This document shows, piece after piece, positions 36,215-44,468 of a DNA stretch of 64,000 nt. Positions within the stretch are counted from its first letter, which is position 1, and each line of letters begins with the position of its first letter. Source of the stretch: a virus; UHGV virus genome UHGV-1440165. One strand, 5' to 3'. The notes beneath the pieces are model-generated. The model made no database searches, was not told where the DNA came from, and saw only the letters and a list, made by a program, of their open reading frames with translations. The translations under genes and the position numbers were made by a program.

Positions 36215-36235
36215 CCACTTTTTATTGAAAAGAAG

Positions 36236-36253
36236 TTAACACCATCGTGTTAA
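36236..36253. promoter_or_regulatory. Inverted repeat (candidate operator)
   Basis: TTAACAC-CATC-GTGTTAA, 7-bp perfect arms, next to the promoter candidate. Confidence 0.3.
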
Positions 36254-36322
36254 ACAGCGCCCAGCCAAGCGGGGCGCGAACTTGCGTGAATAATAACTTT
36301 CAACGTCGATATTGAAAACAAA

Positions 36323-37075
36323 TTATTCTTTGGTCAGATAGAAGTTCGGAACTTCAGGACATGCCTCTGGGAGATAGTACCCCACGACACCCTGCTTCAC
36401 TTTCTTCTCAATGTCATCACGGATTTTGCGAACAACTTCTTCCTTCTGCTCGTTGGCCATAACTTCCTCCATGGCACTGTACAGAGAATCAACGATGACG
36501 CTGACATAGTTGTGGATGGCGCGACAAGTGTTCTGGTCATAAACCATATCCGGATCGATCTTGAGATCAACCTGATCGCGTCCGACCAGCAAATGCCCGC
36601 CAGACACGTTAACAGTGTGTTTGAACACATCACTAGATTTCATGACCACGCCATCGGCCTGTGCCAGGTAGAACTCAGTTTTAGAGAAATTCTCCAGAAC
36701 TTCGGCCGGGAAATCGATTTGGATGTCACTACGGTGGCGGCCAAGGTAGTACAGGCAATGTGATAACTTGGAACACGCTTCTTGCGCCATCTTCATGTGC
36801 GCTTTGGCATGTTCATAACCAGCCAGGACGTCGCGGACAAAGTCTGCAACTTCTTGGTTTCCGTATTTGACTTCGTCTTCGAAGTCCATAGCAGTAGGAC
36901 TGTCCGGCTCAATACCCAGCATGTCGAACAGGTTGCGTTCGCGAACAGATTTACCCTGGCGGTCGAAGCCGAGTTTACAACCGACTTCAAACCCGGTTGG
37001 TTCGAAGGTGGTCAGTTTCACATCAAGGCGAGCTGGTGTAAAGTCCAGCCCGAACAGACGATATAGTTGTGACAT
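36323..37075 (-). CDS. Hypothetical protein
   Basis: 250-aa ORF with GAGG SD. Confidence 0.5.
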   Translation of the reverse strand: MSQLYRLFGLDFTPARLDVKLTTFEPTGFEVGCKLGFDRQGKSVRERNLFDMLGIEPDSPTAMDFEDEVKYGNQEVADFVRDVLAGYEHAKAHMKMAQEACSKLSHCLYYLGRHRSDIQIDFPAEVLENFSKTEFYLAQADGVVMKSSDVFKHTVNVSGGHLLVGRDQVDLKIDPDMVYDQNTCRAIHNYVSVIVDSLYSAMEEVMANEQKEEVVRKIRDDIEKKVKQGVVGYYLPEACPEVPNFYLTKE

Positions 37076-37139
37076 GTTATAGCCTCATGGTTGAAGGAAT
37101 TACCCGTTCGCGAATTATCACTCGGAACGGGTTATAGAA

Positions 37140-37841
37140 CTATTTCTTGTGTACTCGGCGGGCATCTTTCCAGACAGACATCTGGCTCTGTTTCTGGAAG
37201 CGAGCGGTGCGCATGAAGAGCACGATTTCCCAGTATTGTGGCTCAATCTCATAAAGCTGAGAGCGGAACTGATCGGCGCGGTACAGCTTCACACAGTGAT
37301 TGTACAGCGGGTGGTTGGCGAAGCGCTTCAGGGCATCCCAGGTGAGTTTCAGACGCGTCTTTGAGCGGTATGCCCGTTCGTTGCGCAACTTGATCAGATC
37401 CTCGAACACCAACAGCCTGAGCTTCGGTGGCAGGTAGTGCATGTTGAGTCCCCAGAGATAGGTCACACCCCTCTCCCCGAAGTTAATGCCGTCGCCCTTC
37501 GCAAAGTTGAAGAAGAACACCAGTGGATACATGTCCCAGTACGGCAGTTCATTCTTCGTCAGCGCATCGTATTTGAAATAGAACATACGCCCGATCATGT
37601 ACCGCACACCCTGTACCGGGCGCTTGTGATCAGCGAACGCCTGCTTCATGTGGTTTGGCGACAGGTTTGCATCCTTGGACACACGTTCCATGAACCACAC
37701 GTGCGAACGGCGGATGTTGCGCTTCGCCTCTGGACCGAAGTGTTGACGGTACTTGCGGATGTAACGCTTCACCAACTCGGGGGCGTCCATCTCGGCCGGG
37801 AACAGCAACGGATCTTCTTCGCCAGCTGTGTTCTTTGCCAT
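37140..37841 (-). CDS. Hypothetical protein (possibly head completion / DNA end-protector gp2/gp4-like)
   Basis: 233-aa basic protein; sits divergent from a baseplate gene, as gene 4 does in T4; AGGAG SD. Confidence 0.4.
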   Translation of the reverse strand: MAKNTAGEEDPLLFPAEMDAPELVKRYIRKYRQHFGPEAKRNIRRSHVWFMERVSKDANLSPNHMKQAFADHKRPVQGVRYMIGRMFYFKYDALTKNELPYWDMYPLVFFFNFAKGDGINFGERGVTYLWGLNMHYLPPKLRLLVFEDLIKLRNERAYRSKTRLKLTWDALKRFANHPLYNHCVKLYRADQFRSQLYEIEPQYWEIVLFMRTARFQKQSQMSVWKDARRVHKK

Positions 37842-37852
37842 TTGTCAACTCC

Positions 37853-37860
37853 TATAAATA
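37853..37860 (+). promoter_or_regulatory. T4-type late promoter candidate (TATAAATA)
   Basis: Exact TATAAATA about 35 nt upstream of the 37895 structural gene ATG. Confidence 0.45.
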
Positions 37861-37894
37861 ACAACAGTTATCATATTTAAGTGGAGTCCTCATC

Positions 37895-38842
37895 GTGGAA
37901 GACTATCGCAATTTCATCACCCAATTGTTGCAGCGCGGGATATCGCGGAAGAACCGTTTCCGCGTCACCATCCCCCTGCCACCGGGCGTGTTCGATTCAA
38001 ACGCCACCCTGAGCAATGACGGGGATGCTTACAAATCAAGTTCATCATCGTTTGGCGACTTGTTTAAGGAGTCAGCCCGTATTGTAAACGCTTTCTTTGG
38101 AGGGACAAACCAGACGGCGCGTTCCCTTCAGATGATGTGTATGGTCGCAGGTCTGCCGGGGGTCGGCGTCGACACCACCCCAATGAACAACAACGGCAAC
38201 CACATCAAGATGCCAAACAACAAGTCCAACGTCGATCTGGATCTAACATTCCTCATTGCCAACGACTACTATGAGAAGTCGGTCATGGACAAATGGAAGA
38301 ATCTGATCTTTGATCCGTACACAACTAAGATGGGTTATTACGAAGACTTCGTGACTGACATCTGTATCGAGCAGATGGATACAGAAGACCAGGTTGTGCA
38401 CCGGGTGTACATCGTGGAGGCGCATCCGATCAACTTCAGCACGATTGACCTTGACAAGGGTGCAACAGATCAGTTCAACCAATACAACATCACATTCTCT
38501 TACAACAAAGTGTTATCGGAGACTGAGTATGAAACACGCAGCCTTGCCAGCGATTTTCTTCCTCTTGGGATTACTGACGCTCTTGCCAGTGGAGATTGGG
38601 AAACTGCGGCCTCAAAAGCCGGGCAACTTTATCGCAAGGTGAAGGAAGGCAACTTCACAGGGGAAGCGCTCCTGGCGTACAAGCAGCTGGATCAACTGGT
38701 AAACAATCTGGCTGGCATCAGCCTGCAGGACTTCGAGCGCATCTCTATCGGCATCTCTCGTGACATCATGGGGAATGATAACCTGACTGCAGCTGAAAAG
38801 ACCAGCCTGCTGGGTATCCTCCAGGACGTCATGGGCAAATAA
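37895..38842 (+). CDS. Baseplate/tail structural protein candidate (gp53/gp54/gp48-like?)
   Basis: 315 aa; N-terminus RKNRFRVTIPLPPG resembles the tail-tube-family start; late-promoter motif upstream. Confidence 0.4.
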   Translation: MEDYRNFITQLLQRGISRKNRFRVTIPLPPGVFDSNATLSNDGDAYKSSSSSFGDLFKESARIVNAFFGGTNQTARSLQMMCMVAGLPGVGVDTTPMNNNGNHIKMPNNKSNVDLDLTFLIANDYYEKSVMDKWKNLIFDPYTTKMGYYEDFVTDICIEQMDTEDQVVHRVYIVEAHPINFSTIDLDKGATDQFNQYNITFSYNKVLSETEYETRSLASDFLPLGITDALASGDWETAASKAGQLYRKVKEGNFTGEALLAYKQLDQLVNNLAGISLQDFERISIGISRDIMGNDNLTAAEKTSLLGILQDVMGK

Positions 38843-38844
38843 AA

Positions 38845-38863
38845 AGCCCCTCACGGGGCTTTG
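38845..38863. terminator. Bidirectional terminator between convergent genes
   Basis: agcccc-tcac-ggggct hairpin flanked by an A run upstream and T-rich sequence downstream. Confidence 0.55.
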
Positions 38864-39255
38864 TCTTCTGAATACTTCTTGTATTCTTGTCTAGTTCCGT
38901 ACTCCACTATGCGATACAACAGAATCACAACAGCATGGGACACCGCCAAGAAGGTGTAACCTGCCCAAGCAAGCAGAATGAAAATGATGATCGCCTTCAC
39001 AGTTCTTGCAACCCATTTGTACGGCTTCCCCAACTCTGTCATCTTCAACAACGCGCTCGGGTCGGTCTTGGCATGGGAAGAAACGCAGAGATAGAGAAAA
39101 GACAGAACTATCAGCAGAATAATATTCAGACAAGTAACTGCTACTGCGACTGTCGGGAAAGGCGTTATTCCCAATGGTGCGATAGCGGATAGAAGAGATG
39201 AGACCAACAATAAGAAGATCAGTTGTCGAAGAACAGACAAGAACAAAGTTTTCAT
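38851..39255 (-). CDS. Polytopic membrane protein, hypothetical
   Basis: 134 aa with 3-4 hydrophobic helices. Confidence 0.45.
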   Translation of the reverse strand: MKTLFLSVLRQLIFLLLVSSLLSAIAPLGITPFPTVAVAVTCLNIILLIVLSFLYLCVSSHAKTDPSALLKMTELGKPYKWVARTVKAIIIFILLAWAGYTFLAVSHAVVILLYRIVEYGTRQEYKKYSEDKAP

Positions 39256-39275
39256 GGTATAGATGCCTCAGAGAA

Positions 39276-39293
39276 AGCCCTCCGAAGAGGGCT
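39276..39293 (-). terminator. Terminator hairpin downstream of gp32
   Basis: agccctc-cgaa-gagggct stem-loop. Confidence 0.5.
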
Positions 39294-39300
39294 TTGTGGT

Positions 39301-40344
39301 TTAGTTGTTTTTCAGGAACTGCTCGAATTCTTCAATTGAACCAGTTTCTTTCGGGTTCGGTTGAGCACCCGGATTGTTCACAGCGGCCTGGGACGGCTGA
39401 GCCTGCTGTTGGTTCAGGCTGTCTTGAGCAGTTGGCTGCTGATTGACAGACTGTTGAGCCGGAGCCTGGTTGGTAGGGGCATGGGCCATAGTGGCCGCAC
39501 CACCTTCAACCAGAGGCTGGCCGTCAGGGATTGCCAGCACTTTGCGCAGACGTTTTTCCAGATCTTCGTAGCTCTTGAAGTTCGCCGGATTGAAGAACTC
39601 AAACAGGCTGTGTTCACGAGACCAAACGTCTTCCATGTAGGCTTCGTCTTCGCTCAGTGGAGCCGGAGCAGCCCAGCTGACGTTGGAGAAGTTGGCCACC
39701 AGACCTTCCCAGTTCCCGAACTTCTTCTGCTCGCCGAAGAGCTTGAGGTTCAGGTTCGCACCTTCCCACAGATCGAACGGGTCGAATTTAGGGTCGGTTG
39801 GGAACTTAGGATTCTGCGCCTGGTCCAGGATTTTCTTGATGGCGTTACCAAACTCCAGCAGGAAGACCTTGCCGTTGTTTTCCGGTACGTTGACATCTTC
39901 GATCACCAGGATGTTGGCGTAGTATTTGGTGTCCGGCAGACGTTTCTTCAGCACGTCCTTCAGCTTTTCGTCGTTCGTTTCTTTCTGTTGCGCCCACAGC
40001 GGACGGTCATGGTCACGCACCGGATCGTCGTTGCCGAACGTCTGAGGTGAGTTCTCAATGTACCAACCACCAGCGCCCTGGAACTGGTGCTTCATGATCA
40101 TGGCGCAAGGGGTCAGGATCTGATCTTTATCGATCGTACCTTCTTCCTGTGCCTTGAGGTCTACCAGCGGAACTGGCAGGAAGCGGATGGTGTTCTGAGA
40201 GATACCATCTTTGTTCCACGTCCATTTCCAGATGCGAGGATCCTTCTGGAAACCAGACTTCTGACCTTGCTGAGCCAGACGCGCTTGCATCGCGTCGGTC
40301 TGCTGGCCACGGGACTGTTTCAGACGATCGAATAAATTACCCAT
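39301..40344 (-). CDS. 32: Single-stranded DNA-binding protein (T4 gp32-like)
   Basis: IRFLPVP, WYIENS and DLWEGANLNLKL match gp32 (IRFLPSK, WYIETCSS, CPWEGANFVLKV); Gln/Pro-rich acidic C-terminus. Confidence 0.85.
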   Translation of the reverse strand: MGNLFDRLKQSRGQQTDAMQARLAQQGQKSGFQKDPRIWKWTWNKDGISQNTIRFLPVPLVDLKAQEEGTIDKDQILTPCAMIMKHQFQGAGGWYIENSPQTFGNDDPVRDHDRPLWAQQKETNDEKLKDVLKKRLPDTKYYANILVIEDVNVPENNGKVFLLEFGNAIKKILDQAQNPKFPTDPKFDPFDLWEGANLNLKLFGEQKKFGNWEGLVANFSNVSWAAPAPLSEDEAYMEDVWSREHSLFEFFNPANFKSYEDLEKRLRKVLAIPDGQPLVEGGAATMAHAPTNQAPAQQSVNQQPTAQDSLNQQQAQPSQAAVNNPGAQPNPKETGSIEEFEQFLKNN

Positions 40345-40441
40345 TTCTTAATTCCTCTGTTTCCGCCCCTCGGGGCTATTCTGTTGCATGTATTTTCAGT
40401 TTGTTTCAAGCGGGGTAATTATACCCCGATACTACATTGAA

Positions 40442-40681
40442 TTAACCCTTAAGCACTTGATTCGCTGGGTCAATTTCAATAATGTCATACACGTCTGAGA
40501 ACGTCTTTTTGCCCTCATCGTGCGTATGGTACTCAACCACATATGAGCGACCATCAGGGGTGACATAACGAATACGATCCGTGTTGTCGGCGTTTTCGTT
40601 CAGACTACCCACGCGCCAGCGCATTGAGCCTGGCAGGAACTCTTGGACTTTCATTGCACTGTAAATTGATTCTTTGCTCAT
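40442..40681 (-). CDS. Hypothetical protein
   Basis: 79-aa ORF. Confidence 0.4.
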   Translation of the reverse strand: MSKESIYSAMKVQEFLPGSMRWRVGSLNENADNTDRIRYVTPDGRSYVVEYHTHDEGKKTFSDVYDIIEIDPANQVLKG

Positions 40682-40688
40682 AATATGC

Positions 40689-40934
40689 CTACACTAATTT
40701 CTTCGATTTCAGCACATCTTTTATCAGACGTGCATCGGAGCACTCAGCTGTCAGTCGGGACAGAAGAGGTGCTGTGATCATTTTTCTGACCTTCGTTTCG
40801 TCTATGTCGTTTTCTTCACAGACGGCGACGAGGGTCTCAAGGATTGTTTCCCTGGTACGGGCGGCGCGGAGCAGAACGGCTTCTGAGAAGGAGTCTGCGG
40901 TCAGCACCTGGGCGGGTGATTTATCGTCAGACAT
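40689..40934 (-). CDS. Hypothetical protein
   Basis: Internal Met start MSDDKSPAQ...; ORF-track N-terminus overlaps the upstream zinc-ribbon gene. Confidence 0.35.
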   Translation of the reverse strand: MSDDKSPAQVLTADSFSEAVLLRAARTRETILETLVAVCEENDIDETKVRKMITAPLLSRLTAECSDARLIKDVLKSKKLV

Positions 40935-41172
40935 CGATCGTGTTCTCCTTGCCAGAACCCTTCTTGATCGTGCGCAGAACGTCCTTGAAACCGTCCGGCG
41001 CAGACTGTGGTCCCTTAACCCCAGACACGATCTTAGGAGCACCCACCACCATTTTAATCTCCCCTCCACACTCAGTGCAAGGGTTGGATTCAGGCTTGTG
41101 GCGATCAGCGATAGATTTACGCAATGTCATCTCGTTGCCACAGCCTTTGCATTGATAATCATACAGCGGCAT
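40927..41172 (-). CDS. FmdB-family zinc-ribbon protein
   Basis: MPLYDYQCKGCGNEM ... CTECGG: two CxxC pairs with the characteristic YDYQC start. Confidence 0.5.
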   Translation of the reverse strand: MPLYDYQCKGCGNEMTLRKSIADRHKPESNPCTECGGEIKMVVGAPKIVSGVKGPQSAPDGFKDVLRTIKKGSGKENTIDV

Positions 41173-41473
41173 GGAACACCCCCACAGTTGTCAGCACAAA
41201 ACGAACCATAATGATAACCAGCAGCGCCACTGTAGAAAACACGATGCGTTTGATCATTTTGTCACGGATCTGAATGAACTGATAGGAGAGGATGGCCTCT
41301 GCCTGTTGATCAGCACGCACGTTCGTGTCACGATGAGGCGACAACGTGTAGAAGTTGATCTGGTACACATATGCGTGAACCAGAGTGAAGAATGTCTTCA
41401 CCCAGACCAACACAACCACCAACAACAAGGCGAACGTCAAAAAGTTCGCCAACAACCAGTAATCGACCATCAT
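41159..41473 (-). CDS. Membrane protein, hypothetical
   Basis: 104 aa, hydrophobic helices at both ends. Confidence 0.4.
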   Translation of the reverse strand: MMVDYWLLANFLTFALLLVVVLVWVKTFFTLVHAYVYQINFYTLSPHRDTNVRADQQAEAILSYQFIQIRDKMIKRIVFSTVALLVIIMVRFVLTTVGVFHAAV

Positions 41474-42060
41474 ACACCTCTGTTGAAGTCTGGATTATTC
41501 TCAATGAAGTAAGAGCCGCAAGACATGATTGCAAACGAATCCACGAGGTCATCGATTGGCTTGGGATCCTTAACTTCCAACATGTCCATTATACCGCGCA
41601 TATTAACATTGAACAGCGACTCGAAGTGGGAGATCATGGCGAGTTTATCCGCGTTGCCCTTGTCCGTGAACATCTTTTTCACATGTGTCGGCGTGACGAT
41701 CTGGAAGTCGAAATTGTTCCGGCGCAGGGCTTGCTTCAAAAGAGAAGTGTTCTCTGCGGTCTGACAGATATTGTTGGAGTTCTTTGAGTTCCCCATGGCA
41801 TACCCTTCGAGGGTAATGACATCAGGCTTCTCAGTCAGCAGTACAGCCTCAGCCCATTTGCAAATGTTGTAGAAGCGCTCTTCTGGCGTCTCCCACTTCG
41901 GTTGCTTGAGGATCAGGATGTTCTGGCGAATTTGGCTGCAGTACTTCTCCACGGTGTAATACGCGTAGAAGTTCAGGTGGTCAAAATCAAGAGGGTCTTT
42001 GTCGTCCCAGATACAGATGGACGGGCAACCGTATGAGTAGTCAATTCCGCAATATTTCAT
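41470..42060 (-). CDS. RuvC-like Holliday junction resolvase (candidate)
   Basis: GIDYSYG (Asp), ITLEGYAMG (Glu), IDDLVDSFAI (Asp pair) in RuvC-like spacing. Confidence 0.45.
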   Translation of the reverse strand: MKYCGIDYSYGCPSICIWDDKDPLDFDHLNFYAYYTVEKYCSQIRQNILILKQPKWETPEERFYNICKWAEAVLLTEKPDVITLEGYAMGNSKNSNNICQTAENTSLLKQALRRNNFDFQIVTPTHVKKMFTDKGNADKLAMISHFESLFNVNMRGIMDMLEVKDPKPIDDLVDSFAIMSCGSYFIENNPDFNRGV

Positions 42061-42111
42061 GTAAATAGCCCATAACGAAGTTTCATTGGTGTATGGGCTA
42101 TTTACGCCGGA

Positions 42112-42603
42112 TTAACGGGTGATGATTTTACCTTCAGGCAGGATCAGGCCTGGATGGTCCAGGTTCTTCTGCATCTGCTGGATGCTCTGGAGGATCACGG
42201 TGGTGTCAATATGGCGTTTCACTTTACGCGCTTCCTCGCCATAAGAAATCTGCCCCTGGGGGTCGATGTAATGAGCTGACACAACCCGCAGATCATAGCC
42301 ACATTTCAACATATACTTGGCAATGTTGCTAACTTCCAGCGACAGTGATTCACCATCCACGCCGATGTTAGCCGAATAGATGACCGCGCCGTTTTCTGCC
42401 GCCTCTGGATCGAACATCACCATACCAGCGATCGTCTGGATCAAAGGAACTCCCTCGGTATCGAAAGCTACCTGATCGAACGCGCCGATGAACTCATCCG
42501 GCACTTTACCTTCGGCGTCAGAAACTGTATGTTTCATCAGGTCCAGAACGTGTTGCTGTACTTCCTCAATCGGAGCACGTTCAACGGGTTTTTCGTTTTG
42601 CAT
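42112..42603 (-). CDS. Hypothetical protein
   Basis: Internal Met start MQNEKPVE...; ORF-track N-terminus overlaps the upstream gene. Confidence 0.4.
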   Translation of the reverse strand: MQNEKPVERAPIEEVQQHVLDLMKHTVSDAEGKVPDEFIGAFDQVAFDTEGVPLIQTIAGMVMFDPEAAENGAVIYSANIGVDGESLSLEVSNIAKYMLKCGYDLRVVSAHYIDPQGQISYGEEARKVKRHIDTTVILQSIQQMQKNLDHPGLILPEGKIITR

Positions 42604-43111
42604 TACTTTTCTCCAGTTCATAATCGCGCTCCACAACATATTGGTAGACACGCATCTTAATATAGTCGGCACCGCCTGCTGAAGACAGCACCCTCCATCC
42701 ACTACTGAGGGCATTCATCTTATATTGACCAACACCCTCTTGAAAATAACTTTTAATCTGTTCCAGCTTTCGCCCACGATGATAATAAGAGATGAGTTCG
42801 CCGATGACAATACATTCTGGATAATGTTTGTCCAATGTATTGATGTTGCGGTGGACATACACGGGCAAAACTTCCTCATCATCGATAGGGCTGTACAATG
42901 GGTCGACGATGATTACATTCAGACCATAACGCAGCAGATCTTTGACGCCCAGTCGACAGAACTTATAATCTTCGTGCTTCATCGCCACATATTCGATATT
43001 CTCTTTCTGAGCATAATCCGTCAAGAAAATAAAGAAGTCTGTGTTGGGATCTGGATATTGTATCGACAATTCCTTGCCGATTTCACTAAAACAAAATCCG
43101 CGCATTTTCAT
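42581..43111 (-). CDS. Hypothetical protein
   Basis: 176-aa ORF. Confidence 0.45.
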   Translation of the reverse strand: MKMRGFCFSEIGKELSIQYPDPNTDFFIFLTDYAQKENIEYVAMKHEDYKFCRLGVKDLLRYGLNVIIVDPLYSPIDDEEVLPVYVHRNINTLDKHYPECIVIGELISYYHRGRKLEQIKSYFQEGVGQYKMNALSSGWRVLSSAGGADYIKMRVYQYVVERDYELEKSNAKRKTR

Positions 43112-43118
43112 TCCTCGT

Positions 43119-43126
43119 TATAAATA
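43119..43126 (+). promoter_or_regulatory. T4-type late promoter candidate (TATAAATA)
   Basis: Exact TATAAATA about 30 nt upstream of the 43156 ATG. Confidence 0.4.
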
Positions 43127-43155
43127 TCTGTACAACTATACTGTGGAGACATATT

Positions 43156-43962
43156 ATGAAATTGCCTTCATTGCCCAGAACGGAAAAGACGTTCAAAAGT
43201 GATTTTTGGCCGAGTGTTATCAAATACCGCGCTTTCACTGCCGGGCAACAAACCCTCATGCTGCAGGTGGCAGATCCAAACACTCCGGTAGCCGAACGCG
43301 CCGAGATCATGGAGAGCCTGTTTGCAGATTGTGTTGAAGCTGGAGCACCGTTCAACAAATTACCCATCGGTGTGGTTGAAGAAGTGTTCATCCGCATGCG
43401 CAGTATCGCTATTGGCGAGCTGATGAAGATTCGTTACAAGTGCAATAACCCTATCGAAGAAACAACCGACCTCGGTGATGGCGAATCCAGAAAAGAAATG
43501 GTTCCGTGTGGGCAAGAACTGACTCTGCCGATCCCCCTCTTGAACGTGAAATGCGTGGCAAAGGAAGGGTTCAAAGAGGTCTTCGACCTGCCTGGTGGTT
43601 ATCACCTGAAGATGCGCCAGCCGTCCTTCGCTGATGCCACCGCGCTGTCCGAATCGGCAAGTGTTGAGCAAATGCTGGCCACCTTTATCGACTGCTTGTA
43701 CGATGACGACGGCCAGGTGTGGAGTGTTGAGAACCCTGATGAACCGGGTATCAAGCCGGAAGATGCTATCGAGCGCCGTCGTGTCAAAGAAGCGTTTATC
43801 GAATGGGTGAAAGATAACCTCGAATCAGATGTCATCGAGGATATCACCAAGAACTTCTTCCATAAGATTCCTCGCATCCACTACAAGAACAAGATCAAGT
43901 GTCCAAAATGTGGTAAAGAACACCCGATCGAGTTCAACAGCATTAATGAAATTTTCATCTAA
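43156..43962 (+). CDS. Putative baseplate protein with C-terminal zinc ribbon (gp26/gp53-like?)
   Basis: 268 aa; late-promoter motif upstream; lies just upstream of the gp5-like gene; C-terminal CPKCGKEH. Confidence 0.4.
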   Translation: MKLPSLPRTEKTFKSDFWPSVIKYRAFTAGQQTLMLQVADPNTPVAERAEIMESLFADCVEAGAPFNKLPIGVVEEVFIRMRSIAIGELMKIRYKCNNPIEETTDLGDGESRKEMVPCGQELTLPIPLLNVKCVAKEGFKEVFDLPGGYHLKMRQPSFADATALSESASVEQMLATFIDCLYDDDGQVWSVENPDEPGIKPEDAIERRRVKEAFIEWVKDNLESDVIEDITKNFFHKIPRIHYKNKIKCPKCGKEHPIEFNSINEIFI

Positions 43963-44117
43963 TGTTTGAAACTGATTTGCTATCCTACTTCGTGATGTGT
44001 GATGAATTGAAGTTACACGGCTATAACATATTCGAAATCAACGAGTCGATGCCATGGCACCTTGACTTGTTAACCGAAGCCCTCCGGGTCAGGTTATCTA
44101 AGAAGAACCCCGCATAA
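43962..44117 (+). CDS. Small ORF (51 aa), hypothetical
   Basis: ATG overlaps the upstream TAA (TAATG); its TAA stop lies in the loop of the 44108-44128 terminator. Confidence 0.3.
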   Translation: MFETDLLSYFVMCDELKLHGYNIFEINESMPWHLDLLTEALRVRLSKKNPA

Positions 44118-44128
44118 GCGGGGTTTTT
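44108..44128 (+). terminator. Rho-independent terminator
   Basis: ccccgc-ataa-gcgggg hairpin followed by TTTTT. Confidence 0.65.
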
Positions 44129-44177
44129 ATTGGCTTAACTGTAAAACAGGTTAATGCCGCTCCTCTTTACCCGAAAT

Positions 44178-44186
44178 TGTTATAAT
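44178..44186 (+). promoter_or_regulatory. Extended -10 promoter candidate (TGTTATAAT)
   Basis: TGn immediately upstream of TATAAT; no good -35; about 280 nt upstream of gp5. Confidence 0.3.
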
Positions 44187-44468
44187 AGGCGTGTTCCTGA
44201 GTTAACAATTGGCGGTCTCTGGTTTTGAATCAGATTGTCAATTAAAAACCATTTTTCAAGGGATGTTCTGAGGTGTACAGTTATTGCCTCGCTCTTATGC
44301 CTCCATGGCATTGGAATGGTGCTGCCTGCATAAGGCGGTCTGATGAGCGAAGCGAATAGGATCGAATAAGACAATAACGGAACGGAAGCAGAGCTTCCTA
44401 TAGTATATAAGGCAAAATCCGTTGCGCATAAATACCTTCAAATCCTTGTTTGACAACTGGAACACAAC

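Noticed and set aside
35202-36218. Full-length 338-aa version of the acidic-linker protein ORF starting at 36218
   Set aside because: The first 34 codons have Cys/Arg-rich composition unlike the rest, lie upstream of the predicted promoter, and the internal ATG at 36116 has a Shine-Dalgarno sequence; the shorter start is preferred
44330-44345. CTGATGAG sequence in the gp5 leader resembling the hammerhead ribozyme core
   Set aside because: The flanking sequence does not form the required helix II/III pairing (GCG...GCG is not complementary), so this is a chance match
43963-44468. Possible tRNA genes in the long intergenic region, as T4 carries a tRNA cluster
   Set aside because: No GTTCGAAT-type T-arm with flanking complementary stems and no cloverleaf-compatible segment found by eye; the GATCGAATA stretch lacks pairing partners. 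A tRNAscan run would settle it
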